Source of the DNA: Alphaproteobacteria bacterium
GTDB lineage: Bacteria; Pseudomonadota; Alphaproteobacteria; UBA828
Reading direction: 5' to 3'
DNA: 64,000 nucleotides
Assembly (NCBI GenBank): GCA_965220825.1
Contig: OZ244839.1
Location: 2,859,861-2,923,860, forward strand
The notes under the pieces were generated by a model. That model saw only the letters and a program-made list of their open reading frames with translations, was not told the DNA's origin and ran no database searches. Numbering within the stretch: position 1 is the stretch's first letter; each line of letters starts with the position of its first letter. Positions 39,296 to 50,432 of this stretch are shown here, piece by piece. Made by a program: the position numbers and the translations under genes.

Positions 39296-40936
39296 TCAAC
39301 CGCGCCGCCGGAAGAAGGAACGGAGGGGCAGCAGGCCGGCGGCAGCGGCGAGCGCGCCGTAGCTCGCGAGCCCCGCACCCACGAGGGCAGCGAGCGCGGC
39401 GACGCGCTCGCCCGTACCGCCGTCGAAGAGGGGGGCGACTTCCCGCTCCAGGCTCCACAGCACGGCCGCCATCCCGGCGCAGGCGAGGATGCTGAGCGGA
39501 AGGTTCCGCTTGAGCCGCCTGTCCGGCTTCAGGAAGCCGCGCCGCGCCAGAACGAGGGCGAGAAGACCGACATTTAGCCAGCCCGCCAATGTGGTGGCGA
39601 GGGCGATGCCCACATGGGCGAGCGGCCCCATCAGGGCGATGTTGAGCACGACATTGACGACGAGGCAGAGAATGCCGATGCGGACGGGAGTCCCGATGTC
39701 TTCGCGAGCGAAGCAGGCCGGCGCCAGCACCTTGATCAGAACGAAGGCCGGCAAGCCCGCCGCGTAGGCGATCAGCGCGCCCGCCGTCGCAGCGCTCTCC
39801 GCCGCCCCGAACGCGCCGCGCTCGAACAGCACCACGATTACCGGTGCGGCGATGAGGACGAGCGCGGTCGCCGCCGGCAGCGCCAGCAGAAGCGCAAGTT
39901 CGACCGCGCGGTTCAGGCTGCGGAGCGCCGCCTCCGTCTCGCCCGCCCGTATCTGGCGGCTCAACAGCGGCAGCAGTGCCGTGCCCAGCGCGACCCCCAC
40001 GACGCCAAGGGGGAGCTGGTTCACCCTGTCCGCGTAATAGAGGAACGAAACCGAGCCCGTGGGCAGAAGCGAGGCGATGATCACGTCGATCACCAGGTTT
40101 ATCTGGGCGACGCCCGCGCCCAATGCCGCGGGTGCGAGAAGCACGAGAAAGCGCTTGACGCCCGGCGTGAGCTTGGGCCGGCGCAGCCTCAGCGCAACGC
40201 CGGCTCTCCGCGCTGCGAAGGCGAGCCAGACAAGCTGCAGGATACCGCCGACGGTCATGCCCACCGCAAGCGCGTGGCCCGGCGTCTCGGTCCAGCGGGC
40301 GAGTCCCAGAAGTGCGGCGATCAGACAGAGATTGAGCAGTATGGGCGCCGCGGCGCTCTCGGCGAAGCGATAGACGGAGTTGAGCACGCCGGCGAGAAGG
40401 GAAGCGAGCGAGATAAGCAGGATATAGGGGATGGTGAGCCGGGTGAGTTCGACCGTGAGGTCGAACTTCCCCGGCTCGTCGGCAAAGCCCGGCGCGAGGC
40501 CCCACATCAGCCACGGCATGACGACCTGCGCGACGGCCACAAGCAGCAGGAGCACCCAGAGCAGGACGGCCAGGACATCCTCGGCGAAGGCCTTGGCGGC
40601 CGTCCGTCCGTCGCGTTCCAGGCTTCCGGCGAAGAGCGGCACGAAGGCCGTGTTGAAGGCGCCCTCGGCGAACAGCCGGCGGAGGAAGTTGGGCAGCTTG
40701 AACGCGACGAAAACCGCGTCGGCCACCGGCCCGGCGCCCAGCACGGAGGCGATCAGGATGTCCCGCGCGAACCCGGTGACGCGCGAACCCAGCGTGTAGC
40801 CGCCGACGGTCGCAGCCCAGCGTGCAAGCCGCGCGGGGCTCGCATCCCTTGAGCCCGGTTGGGCGGGGCCCGCCGGGGGTAAAGCGCCCCCGTTCGGGGC
40901 CTCGCCGGTCTCAGGCCCCGGTGGCGGGCGGCTCAT
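39296..40936 (-). CDS. murJ: lipid II flippase MurJ
   Basis: [20 protein letters not shown]...[31 protein letters not shown]-type N-terminus and about 14 TM segments. The N-terminal ~35 aa are uncertain. Confidence 0.9.
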   Translation of the reverse strand: MSRPPPGPETGEAPNGGALPPAGPAQPGSRDASPARLARWAATVGGYTLGSRVTGFARDILIASVLGAGPVADAVFVAFKLPNFLRRLFAEGAFNTAFVPLFAGSLERDGRTAAKAFAEDVLAVLLWVLLLLVAVAQVVMPWLMWGLAPGFADEPGKFDLTVELTRLTIPYILLISLASLLAGVLNSVYRFAESAAAPILLNLCLIAALLGLARWTETPGHALAVGMTVGGILQLVWLAFAARRAGVALRLRRPKLTPGVKRFLVLLAPAALGAGVAQINLVIDVIIASLLPTGSVSFLYYADRVNQLPLGVVGVALGTALLPLLSRQIRAGETEAALRSLNRAVELALLLALPAATALVLIAAPVIVVLFERGAFGAAESAATAGALIAYAAGLPAFVLIKVLAPACFAREDIGTPVRIGILCLVVNVVLNIALMGPLAHVGIALATTLAGWLNVGLLALVLARRGFLKPDRRLKRNLPLSILACAGMAAVLWSLEREVAPLFDGGTGERVAALAALVGAGLASYGALAAAAGLLPLRSFFRRRG

Positions 40937-43730
40937 GCCCGAGAACCGCCTCTACGCGGGCCCTCACCAGTGCCATCTGGGCGGGTTGCGAGAGTTTCAT
41001 CCCGTAGCGGTCCTTCACGTAGAACACATCGACCGCGCGCGCGCCCATGGTGGAAATATGGGCCGAGCCGATGGAAAGGCCGCAGGTGCCGAAGGCACGG
41101 GCGACGTCCCGGAGCAGGCCCGGCCGGTCCCGCGCGCTCACTTCGATCACCGTGTGGCTGCGGCTTGCCGCGTCGTCGATCAGGACATGGGGCCGGCCCG
41201 CGACGGGGCCGGCGTGCGCGGGTCGGGGCAGGGGTTCGCCGCCCGGCGGCCGCAAGCCGTCCGCCGGTGCGGCAAGCGCCCGCCCGGTCTCGTCCCGCAG
41301 TCTCTCGAGCTTCTCCGGGTCGTCGAACGGCGCGCCCGCGTCGTTCTGCAGCCAGAAGCTGTCCAGTGCCATGCCGTCCAGGGTGGTGAAGGCCCGGGCA
41401 TCCACCACGTTTGCGCCCGCCGCCGCCACCGCGCCCGCCACGGTTTCGAAGAGGCCCGGACGATCCGGCGCGTGGAGGATCATTTCGGTGACGCCCCGAA
41501 ACCGGTCGATGCGGGTCTCCACCTGCGCCGCGCCGGCTGCGCCGCGCCGCGCAAGCTGCGCATGCCGCGCCTGCATCGCCGTATCGGTGGAGAGCCAGTA
41601 GGACGTTTCCAGCAGCGCCTCGAAACGGTCGAGTTCCGCCGCTGGCCAATCGGCCAGCCGCTCGCGGAACGCGCGGCGCGCCTCCGCCGCGCGGTCCTCC
41701 CGCCGTTCGGCGCCGCGTCCGCCCGCCAGCATCTCCTCCGTGCGCCGGTAGAGAGTGCGCAGAAGCGAGCCCTTCCAGGCATTCCAGCGGCCCGGACCCA
41801 CGGCGGCGATGTCGGCGGCGGTCAGTACCAGGAGGAGCCGCAGACGTTCGAGCGAGTGCACCTCGGAGGCGAAATCCTCCACCGTGCGCGGGTCGTTGAC
41901 GTCCCGCTTGAAGGCGGTGTGGCTGAAGAGCAGGTGACGGCGGACCAGCCAGACGACCGTCTCCACCTCGTCGGGCGTGTAGCCCAGCCGCCGCGCGGTA
42001 CGGTGCGCGATCTCCCCGCCGATCTCCGAATGGTCGCCACCCTGTCCCTTGCCCACATCGTGCAGGAAGAGCGCGAGATAGAGCGCATCCCGCGCCTGCA
42101 CCTCGTGAATCAGGGTGCTGGCGAGCGGAAGTTCGTCGGCGCGGGCGCCGCTCTCGATGGCAGCGAGCGCGCCCACCGCGCGGATGCTGTGCTCGTCCAC
42201 CGTGTAGGCGTGATACATGTCGTGCTGGGTCTGGGCCACGATGTGCCCGAAGTCCGGCAGGAAGCGTCCCAGTACGCCGGCCTCGTTCATCATGCGGAGG
42301 GTCCTGTCCGGTGCCCTGCGGTCGGTGAGGATCGCGCGGAACGTCCGGTTGGCTTCCGGGTCTTCGCGCAAGGCAGCGCCCACGAGGCCGAGGCTGCGGT
42401 GGATCAGGCGAAGTGTCGCGGGGTGGATATCCCGTCCTTCGGTCTGTGCGCGGCGGAAGACGGCCACGAGGCGCGCCGGGCGCTCTGCGAAGGCGTTGTC
42501 GCCGATGACGGCGATCCGCCCGCCGGAAAGCGTCAGCCCGTCCCGCGCCGGTCCGCCGGCGCCCGCCTCCCGGGCGGGTGCCGGGTCGAGCCGCTCCGCC
42601 TCCAGCGCGGCGCAGAAAACGCGGGTGAGCTCGCCCACGGTCTTTGCCACCAGGAAGTAGCGTTTCATGAAGCGCTCGACCGCGAGGTTGCCGCGGCGTT
42701 CCCCGAAGCCCATCCGGGCGGCGACGGCGGGTTGCATGTCGAATGTGAGGCGGTCCTCGGCGCGGCCCGCGGCGATATGGAGGTGGGCCCGCACTCGCCA
42801 GAGAAAGTCCTCCGCATGGGCGAAGCGGGCATGCTCCCGCCGCTCGAGCAGGCCGCGCTCCACCAGGTCGCCGAAGCGTTCCACACGATGGAGGTATTTC
42901 GCGATCCAAAAGAGGGTGTGGAGGTCTCGCAGGCCGCCCTTGCCGTCCTTTACGTGCGGTTCCAGCAGGTAGCGCGATTCCCCGGTGCGGGCGTGGCGTT
43001 CGTCCCGCTCGCGCAGCTTGGCGGCGACGAATTCCCGCTCGGTGCCGGGTACGAGATCGGTGAGGAAGTGTCGGCGGAACTCCCCATAGAGCGCTTCATC
43101 GCCGGCGACATGACGCGATTCGAGCACCGCGGTGCGAATCGTCATATCGGTCTGCGCGCGCCGCAGACAGTCGGAGACGGAGCGCACGGCATGCCCGACG
43201 CTTAGTCCCAGATCCCACAGGGTGTAGAGCAGATATTCGACGATCTGTTCGCAACGCGCCGTCGGCTTGTAGGGATGGAGGAAGAGCGCATCCACGTCCG
43301 AACCCGGTGCGAGGTCGCAGCGGCCGTAGCCGCCCACCGCCACCAGGGCGAGCCGGTCCGCGCTCGTGGGGTTCGGGAGGGGATAGAGGACGGTCTCCGC
43401 CCGGTGGAACAGCGCACGGAGCAGCCGGTCCATGAGGCTCGTCTGGGCGGAGACGATCTCCGCGCCCGCCGCGCCGCTCTCGAGGCGGCGGCGGATCTCC
43501 GCGCGGCCTTCCTCCAGTGCAGAACGCAGCCGGGGCAGCGCCGCCCGCCGGTCGCCCCGTCCGAGGCCGGTCAGCGCCTGTGAGAACGCATGTTCCGCCC
43601 GCACTTGCGCGGGTTCGACGGCGGCGGCGGGGATCGGCTCCCGCTCGGGCGTCTGCGGCATGGCAACCGCCGGCATGGCGTTCCGCCTCGCTTCGGTCGG
43701 GTTCCGAGGTCTATCCCCGCAACCCGCCAC
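40911..43730 (-). CDS. glnD: [protein-PII] uridylyltransferase / uridylyl-removing enzyme
   Basis: 939 aa. Nucleotidyltransferase motif VAVGGYGRCDLAPGSDVDALFL, HD domain (LFLHDVGKG), two C-terminal ACT-like domains. The start may be the internal ATG at 43676. Confidence 0.93.
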   Translation of the reverse strand: MAGCGDRPRNPTEARRNAMPAVAMPQTPEREPIPAAAVEPAQVRAEHAFSQALTGLGRGDRRAALPRLRSALEEGRAEIRRRLESGAAGAEIVSAQTSLMDRLLRALFHRAETVLYPLPNPTSADRLALVAVGGYGRCDLAPGSDVDALFLHPYKPTARCEQIVEYLLYTLWDLGLSVGHAVRSVSDCLRRAQTDMTIRTAVLESRHVAGDEALYGEFRRHFLTDLVPGTEREFVAAKLRERDERHARTGESRYLLEPHVKDGKGGLRDLHTLFWIAKYLHRVERFGDLVERGLLERREHARFAHAEDFLWRVRAHLHIAAGRAEDRLTFDMQPAVAARMGFGERRGNLAVERFMKRYFLVAKTVGELTRVFCAALEAERLDPAPAREAGAGGPARDGLTLSGGRIAVIGDNAFAERPARLVAVFRRAQTEGRDIHPATLRLIHRSLGLVGAALREDPEANRTFRAILTDRRAPDRTLRMMNEAGVLGRFLPDFGHIVAQTQHDMYHAYTVDEHSIRAVGALAAIESGARADELPLASTLIHEVQARDALYLALFLHDVGKGQGGDHSEIGGEIAHRTARRLGYTPDEVETVVWLVRRHLLFSHTAFKRDVNDPRTVEDFASEVHSLERLRLLLVLTAADIAAVGPGRWNAWKGSLLRTLYRRTEEMLAGGRGAERREDRAAEARRAFRERLADWPAAELDRFEALLETSYWLSTDTAMQARHAQLARRGAAGAAQVETRIDRFRGVTEMILHAPDRPGLFETVAGAVAAAGANVVDARAFTTLDGMALDSFWLQNDAGAPFDDPEKLERLRDETGRALAAPADGLRPPGGEPLPRPAHAGPVAGRPHVLIDDAASRSHTVIEVSARDRPGLLRDVARAFGTCGLSIGSAHISTMGARAVDVFYVKDRYGMKLSQPAQMALVRARVEAVLGHEPPATGA

Positions 43731-43798
43731 AAGGCGGTTGGCGGGATGCGTGCGATGCGGTTATTCTCCGCGCAACCGTCGGCAAGCCGCCCGGAACC

Positions 43799-44359
43799 AT
43801 GACCGAATATCTCGCCGCCGTCAGATCGGGCCGTTTCCGCTTCGAAGGTCCGGTCATCGGTTTCGCCTTTCTTTTCGTCCTGGGCCTCTCGCAGGCGAGC
43901 GCGCAGGGCGCGCCGGAATTCCTGGCCGAGCACAAGGCCTGGAAAGCCTACAGCCACGTCCAGAACGGTGAGAAGGTCTGTTACATATATTCCGAACCCA
44001 TCGCAAAGAAAGGCAATTACACGCGGCGCGGCAACCCCTATGTGATGGTGACCCGGATGGTCCGCCGCCAGGACGACGGTACCATCGAGGAGGTCAGCGT
44101 CACCTCGGGCTATCCCTACAAGAACGGGACGAACGTCAGGGTGCGGATCGACGGCAAGGACTACCCCTTCGGGCTTATTCACGACGAGCATGCCTGGGCC
44201 GACGACGAGGCCGACGACAAGACCCTCGTCCGGGCCATGCGGAAGGGCGCGAAGATGACCGTTCGCGGGACCTCGCGAAAGGACACCTACTCCCTCGACA
44301 CCTATTCCCTGCTCGGCTTCACCAAGGCCCGCCAAGCCATCGGCAAAGCCTGTCCGTAG
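43799..44359 (+). CDS. invasion-associated locus B (IalB) family protein
   Basis: From ATG 43799. Signal peptide, then W.A(Y)...VCYIYS..., typical IalB-like periplasmic protein of about 185 aa. Confidence 0.7.
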   Translation: MTEYLAAVRSGRFRFEGPVIGFAFLFVLGLSQASAQGAPEFLAEHKAWKAYSHVQNGEKVCYIYSEPIAKKGNYTRRGNPYVMVTRMVRRQDDGTIEEVSVTSGYPYKNGTNVRVRIDGKDYPFGLIHDEHAWADDEADDKTLVRAMRKGAKMTVRGTSRKDTYSLDTYSLLGFTKARQAIGKACP

Positions 44360-44378
44360 CGGCGAAGGCGTTTCCGTT

Positions 44379-45524
44379 GTGCCGGACGGGCCTCTCATCG
44401 GCGTAAGCCGGACCAGTCTTGCGGGCCTGGATCGGGCCGAGCTCGCCGACTGCCTCGAGGCGGCGGGCGTTCCGGCGGCGGCCTTGCGGATGCGCACCGC
44501 ACAGCTCTGGAACTGGATCTACCAGCGCGGCGCCACCCGGTTCGATGCCATGACGGACGTCGCCCGCCCGCTGCGCGAGACCCTCGCCGAGCGCTACGAC
44601 CTGGAGCGCCCCGCGATCGCGGCCCATCAGCGCTCGCGGGACGGCACGCGGAAGTGGCTTCTGCGGCTCGACGACGGGCGGGAGGTGGAGACCGTCTACA
44701 TCCCCGAGGAGGATCGCGGCGCCCTCTGCCTCTCTTCCCAGGTCGGCTGCACGCTGAGCTGCAGCTTCTGCTACACGGGCACCCAGCGCCTCGTGCGCAA
44801 TCTGGAGGCGCGGGAGATCGTGGCCCAGTTCCTGGTGGCGCGGGACGCCTGCGGCGAGTGGCCCGCCCGGCGCACGCCCGGCGTCGTGCCGGCGCCCCGG
44901 ATGCTCTCCAACATCGTGATGATGGGTATGGGCGAGCCGCTCTTCAACTACGAGAACGTCGCGAAGGCGCTGCGCATCGTGATGGACCCGGAGGGCCTCG
45001 CGCTGTCCCGCCGGCGGATCACGCTCTCCACTGCAGGCGTCGTGCCGCTGATGGAGCGCTGCGGACAAGAGCTCGGCGTACGCCTTGCGGTCTCGCTCCA
45101 TGCGGTCCGCGACGACCTCAGAAACGAGCTGGTTCCGCTCAACCGGAAATATCCCATCGCGGCACTGCTGGAGGCCTGCCGGCGCTATCCGGGCGCCCGC
45201 AACGCACGGCGCATCACCTTCGAATACACCATGCTGGACGGCGTGAACGATTCGGTTGCGGACGCGCGCGAGCTCGCACGGCTGATCGCGGGCATTCCCG
45301 CGAAGATCAACCTGATTCCATTCAATCCCTGGCCCGGCGCGCCCTACCGCTGCGCAACGCCGGCGGCCATCGCCCGCTTTGCCGAGGCACTCAATCGGGC
45401 GGGTTATGCCGCGCCGGTCCGCGCGCCTCGGGGGCGGGATATCCTGGCCGCCTGCGGGCAGCTCAAATCGGCGAGCGCACCCCGGCGCCGCTCCCAGCGC
45501 GCGGCCGCGCCGGCCGCGGCCTGA
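44379..45524 (+). CDS. rlmN: 23S rRNA (adenine2503-C2)-methyltransferase, radical SAM
   Basis: Radical-SAM [11 protein letters not shown] (Cx3Cx2C), [19 protein letters not shown]. Confidence 0.93.
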   Translation: MPDGPLIGVSRTSLAGLDRAELADCLEAAGVPAAALRMRTAQLWNWIYQRGATRFDAMTDVARPLRETLAERYDLERPAIAAHQRSRDGTRKWLLRLDDGREVETVYIPEEDRGALCLSSQVGCTLSCSFCYTGTQRLVRNLEAREIVAQFLVARDACGEWPARRTPGVVPAPRMLSNIVMMGMGEPLFNYENVAKALRIVMDPEGLALSRRRITLSTAGVVPLMERCGQELGVRLAVSLHAVRDDLRNELVPLNRKYPIAALLEACRRYPGARNARRITFEYTMLDGVNDSVADARELARLIAGIPAKINLIPFNPWPGAPYRCATPAAIARFAEALNRAGYAAPVRAPRGRDILAACGQLKSASAPRRRSQRAAAPAAA

Positions 45525-45535
45525 GGGCGAAGCGC

Positions 45536-45727
45536 ATGCCGGTCCAGATCGTCGTCGGCCTCGTGCTGGGGGCCGTGGTTTTCTATCCCATGCTCCGCAT
45601 CTGCCGGCGGGCGGGCCTTCCGCGACCGCTTGCGCTGCTGGTGTTCATTCCGCTCGTCGGGCCGCTGCTGCTGCTCGGGCTGCTCGCCTTCCTTGTCTGG
45701 CCCAACGACCCCATGCCGCGCCGTTGA
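45536..45727 (+). CDS. small two-TM membrane protein (DUF5684-like)
   Basis: 63 aa. [44 protein letters not shown]. A paralogue of the next ORF. Confidence 0.5.
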   Translation: MPVQIVVGLVLGAVVFYPMLRICRRAGLPRPLALLVFIPLVGPLLLLGLLAFLVWPNDPMPRR

Positions 45728-45730
45728 GCC

Positions 45731-46107
45731 ATGGTAGGCGTCCTCCAATATGTCGCCGTCGTCGCCATCGCGACCTGGATGTTCTGGCGCATCTTCGACA
45801 AGGCGGGCCTGCCCACCTGGTGGGCCTGGCTCGCCTGCATCCCCATCTTCGGCCTTCTCACGCCCATCCATATCGCACTCGGGCTTCTGATCGGCATTCC
45901 CGTCGTGATGCTCTGGGTGCTGGCGTTCGCGCGCTGGCCTGCCCTCGACGGCGCACGGACGGAGGGGTTCGGGCCCGGCTACGAGCCGCCGGCGCCCGCG
46001 CTCTTCAAGGGCCGCTTCCGGCGGAGCGTGAAGCCGAGCGCCCATGCCCGCACCCGGCGCGGCGTTTCGGGGCGGCCCCGGCGCCGCGACAACATTGGGG
46101 AGGAGCC

Positions 46108-46111
<4 letters not shown>
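45731..46111 (+). CDS. small membrane protein (DUF5684-like) with basic C-terminal tail
   Basis: 126 aa. [23 protein letters not shown] core flanked by hydrophobic helices. ATGA overlap with the argG start. Confidence 0.5.
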
Positions 46112-47349
<1,238 letters not shown>

Positions 47350-47353
47350 ACGG

Positions 47354-47373
47354 CGGCCGCGTAAGTGCGGCCG
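47354..47373. terminator. weak bidirectional hairpin between convergent argG and the SBP gene
   Basis: cggccgc-gtaagt-gcggccg (7-bp stem, 6-nt loop). No clear U-tract. Confidence 0.3.
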
Positions 47374-47377
47374 GGCA

Positions 47378-48361
47378 TCATTCCAGAAAGCCCGCGTCGA
47401 CGGCGTGCGAATAGTCGTCGAGCACGCGGTCCATGAGACCGGCCGCGGCCATCGTCTCCGCCACGTTCTTGGCCGCCGCCTGGACGCCGCTGCCGAGCCA
47501 GCGTTCGCCCTTCTGCGCAGCGACGCTCGGAAAGCCGAAATTGGCGATCATGGCAGCGGCCGACTCCCGGTCCATGTCCGACGCATGGGCGATGGTCTCC
47601 ATATGCGCGGCGGGATCGGCCAGAAAGGCGGCATTGGCCTCTTCGGTGACCCGCAGGAAGGCGCGCACGAGACCGGGATGTGCGGAGGCGAACTCTTCCG
47701 TCACGGCCACGATATCGAAGGTCTCGATCCCGGCGGCTTCCTGTTCCGCCCCGGTCAAGAGCGGATAGCCGACCTCGCGCATGCGGTCGAGCGCGCCGCC
47801 GAAGGCGCAGGCCATGACGACATCGCCTCGGATCAGGGCCTGGGCGGCATCGGTGGGGTCCATCGGCGCGAGTTCGATCCGGGACGCATCGACACCGAGA
47901 TGCGCAAGCGTTCGCAGAAGCTTGTAGTGGGTCGCGTTGCCCACGGGCGAGGCGATCCGCTTGCCCTCGAGTGCGCGCGCATTCTCCGCCGTGATGCCGG
48001 AATCCTCGTGCAGGATGCAGAGATCGTTCTCCGCATAGGTGACGGCGATTCCCACCAGCTTGAGCGGTGCGCCGGCGGTGACGCCGACCACGAACGGCAC
48101 GAAGCCCTGGCTGTAGGCGATTTGCACGTCGCCCGCCACCATGGCCCGGGTCATCTCGTTGCCGTTCGCAAACGCCCGCCAGGTGACGGGCTGGCCGAGC
48201 GCCGTGTCGTAGGTCCGCTCATGCTGCGCCACCTGGTTGGCCGTGGGCCATTCCAGAAAATACGCCACCGTGGTGGTATCGCCGTGATCGGAAAGCGCCG
48301 CCGACGAGAAGCCCGCAAGCGCCGCGCATCCCGCAACGGCGGACAAAATCCTTCGCAGCAT
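47378..48361 (-). CDS. NitT/TauT-family ABC substrate-binding protein (taurine/aliphatic sulfonate-like), orphan
   Basis: From ATG 48361. Signal peptide MLRRILSAVAGCAALAGFSSAAL, then a type II SBP fold pattern (AYFLEWPTANQ..., VQIAYSQG). No cognate permease or ATPase genes are adjacent. Confidence 0.7.
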   Translation of the reverse strand: MLRRILSAVAGCAALAGFSSAALSDHGDTTTVAYFLEWPTANQVAQHERTYDTALGQPVTWRAFANGNEMTRAMVAGDVQIAYSQGFVPFVVGVTAGAPLKLVGIAVTYAENDLCILHEDSGITAENARALEGKRIASPVGNATHYKLLRTLAHLGVDASRIELAPMDPTDAAQALIRGDVVMACAFGGALDRMREVGYPLLTGAEQEAAGIETFDIVAVTEEFASAHPGLVRAFLRVTEEANAAFLADPAAHMETIAHASDMDRESAAAMIANFGFPSVAAQKGERWLGSGVQAAAKNVAETMAAAGLMDRVLDDYSHAVDAGFLE

Positions 48362-48448
48362 CGCCGCCAATCCCCCCAATCCGAGCGCGGGCTTCACCGT
48401 GGCGCTGCGACAAGACACTACGCCCGCGCCTGGCTTGCGGCAATTGGA

Positions 48449-48877
48449 TGGCCTCGTTCAGGACGTTTGAGACGCTGGGGTTTCTTCGACCGTCAGGTTG
48501 GCAAGGCATTCGGCCGGGGTTTGTCCACCAAGGGCCTGGTTGGGTCTGATGGTATTGAACGCGTCGATCTGGATGGCGTTGACGGGGAAGGGCATGTCGG
48601 CATGGAGCTTGTCGAGGTGTGCGCTGGAACCCGTGGCTCCGGTGGGGGCCACCTCATCCGGTGAGCCGGCGTTATGGCGGGTCGCGCCTCGCCCCTTTTT
48701 TCGGTGCGCGGGTCTCCAGGCCCGCATGTTTTTGTTTTTCGAGAAGAAAAAATGCGGGCCTGGAGACCCGCGCACCAAACCCATCATGGGGTCTCCGAAG
48801 CTTGTTCACACCACCCGCTTCGGAGATCCCCAATCTCGTTTCAAGAGACGCGTCTCACACCTGTCTGAACTTGCACA
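48449..48877 (-). mobile_element. degraded, internally deleted copy of the IS481-family element (inverted relative to 7336-8455)
   Basis: 48449-48560 matches the reverse complement of the right end of the intact copy (encodes ...FNTIRPNQALGGQTPAE.L.NLT.EET.ASQTS). 48849-48877 matches the reverse complement of the left IR with one mismatch. At least two internal deletions; the transposase is non-functional. Confidence 0.85.
48703..48776. repeat. perfect 25-bp-arm palindrome with 24-nt AT-rich loop inside the IS remnant
   Basis: ggtgcgcgggtctccaggcccgcat (48703-48727) is the exact reverse complement of atgcgggcctggagacccgcgcacc (48752-48776). The loop is gtttttgtttttcgagaagaaaaa. Confidence 0.9.
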
Positions 48878-48902
48878 TTAGACGTGGTGCCCGTGGTGCC
48901 GC

Positions 48903-50165
48903 TCATCCACGTTCCCAGAGCATCTTGACGGGCATCGCGAACAGCCCGGGCGCCGTCCTCTGAATGCGCTCGCCGTCATGAAGGACGATACCGCAGGCGA
49001 ACCGGTCGCCCATGACCTCCTGGAGCCGGCGCAGCCCACGGAAGTCCCGGGGATGGACCGTTGCCGACGCCTTCACTTCTATCCCGACAACCGCGCCCGG
49101 AGAGCGCTCCAGGACCAGATCGATCTCGACGCCGTCCTTGTCGCGATAGTGGGTGACGTCCATCCATTCGCCGAAGAGGGCGATGGCCTTGGCGATTTCC
49201 CCATACACGAAACTCTCCAGTAGCGGTCCGAGCTTCCGGCGGCCACGCTCAATGTCCGCGGCGCCGGTCCGGAGAAGTGCCGCAAGCAGCCCGGAATCCG
49301 GAAAATGAAGCTTGGGCGTTTTGACAAGCCGCTTCAGCCGGCTGCCATGCCAGGCACGGACGCGGCGGATGAGAAACATGTGCTCCAGCAGCACCAGCCA
49401 GCGATCCACGGTCTTGCCGTCGACGCCGAGGCGCGCGCCAAGGCCGGACATGTTGAGCAGTTGGCCTGCCGACAGGGCCGCATGGTCGATCAAGCGCGCC
49501 ATTTCGTCGCGCTTTCCGACAGGCGCGATATCGGAGACGTCGCGCTCGGCGAGCGCCCGCGCATAGGCACGCAGCCAGGCGCGCCGCCGCCCCGGCGCGA
49601 TGCGGGCCAGCGCCGCCGGATAGCCGCCGGAAAGGACTCGTCCGACGAGATCCGCCGTCGGGCCCGTCTCCTCGAATGCGGGAAAGTCGACGGCAAAGGC
49701 TCGCTCGAGAAAGCGCGGCGGGGCAGTACCGGCGATTTCCGCTTGGGAAAACGGCAGAAGCTCGACGGTCTCCACGCGCCCGGCCAGCGAATCAGGAGAA
49801 ACCGCACTTCTGAACAGATCGACCGAGCCGGTGATCAGATAGCATCCGGGATCGGGATGTTCGTCGACATCCTTCTTGAGCGCCAGGATCAGGTTCGGCG
49901 CGCGCTGGATTTCATCGATCACCGCATGTCGCAGGCCGCGGACGAAGCCCGCAGGATCGTCCTCGGCGAACCGCCGGGACTGCTCGTCGTCCAACGAGAC
50001 GAAGCGACGGCCTTCACCTTCGGCGATGTGCCGGGCAAGGGTGGTCTTGCCCGACTGACGCGGCCCCACGAGGGCGACGATACGGGTATCCGCGAGCGCC
50101 AGGCGAACGGCAGCTTCGGCGTGCCGCGTCACGTAGGTGTCAGCAGGGATCGTCCGTTCTGGCAT
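48903..50165 (-). CDS. AAA_14-type ATPase with DUF4143 / PD-(D/E)xK-like C-terminal domain (COG1373 family)
   Basis: 420 aa. Walker A GPRQSGKTT, Walker B-like AVIDEIQ, C-terminal GVEIDLVLE...GIEVKAS nuclease-like motif. Confidence 0.75.
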   Translation of the reverse strand: MPERTIPADTYVTRHAEAAVRLALADTRIVALVGPRQSGKTTLARHIAEGEGRRFVSLDDEQSRRFAEDDPAGFVRGLRHAVIDEIQRAPNLILALKKDVDEHPDPGCYLITGSVDLFRSAVSPDSLAGRVETVELLPFSQAEIAGTAPPRFLERAFAVDFPAFEETGPTADLVGRVLSGGYPAALARIAPGRRRAWLRAYARALAERDVSDIAPVGKRDEMARLIDHAALSAGQLLNMSGLGARLGVDGKTVDRWLVLLEHMFLIRRVRAWHGSRLKRLVKTPKLHFPDSGLLAALLRTGAADIERGRRKLGPLLESFVYGEIAKAIALFGEWMDVTHYRDKDGVEIDLVLERSPGAVVGIEVKASATVHPRDFRGLRRLQEVMGDRFACGIVLHDGERIQRTAPGLFAMPVKMLWERG

Positions 50166-50432
50166 GGTGTTCCGTCCGATTCGGAATCATAGCCCGTCCA
50201 ATACGGATTCACCATCCGTCTATTTCGGAATATACCGTCGTTCTGGGCGGCAGTCACCGTTCGATTCGCGGCGTCTGGCGCACACTCTGATACGCCACCC
50301 GCCGCCGCGGCCGTTCTTGACCGAGAGCCGCGCGATGGTTGGTAATTCGGCCGGGCGCCGTTGGGAGTTCCGTCGGTCGCGCCGTGGGCTTGCGTGGCGG
50401 CGTCGCGTTCTGCAGTTCGGGGGGCGGTGGCG

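Noticed and set aside
40933-43205. 658-aa and 756-aa ORFs overlapping glnD in other frames or on the other strand
   Set aside because: glnD has clear NTase, HD and ACT motifs in its own frame. The alternatives are Arg/Pro/Gly-rich shadows.
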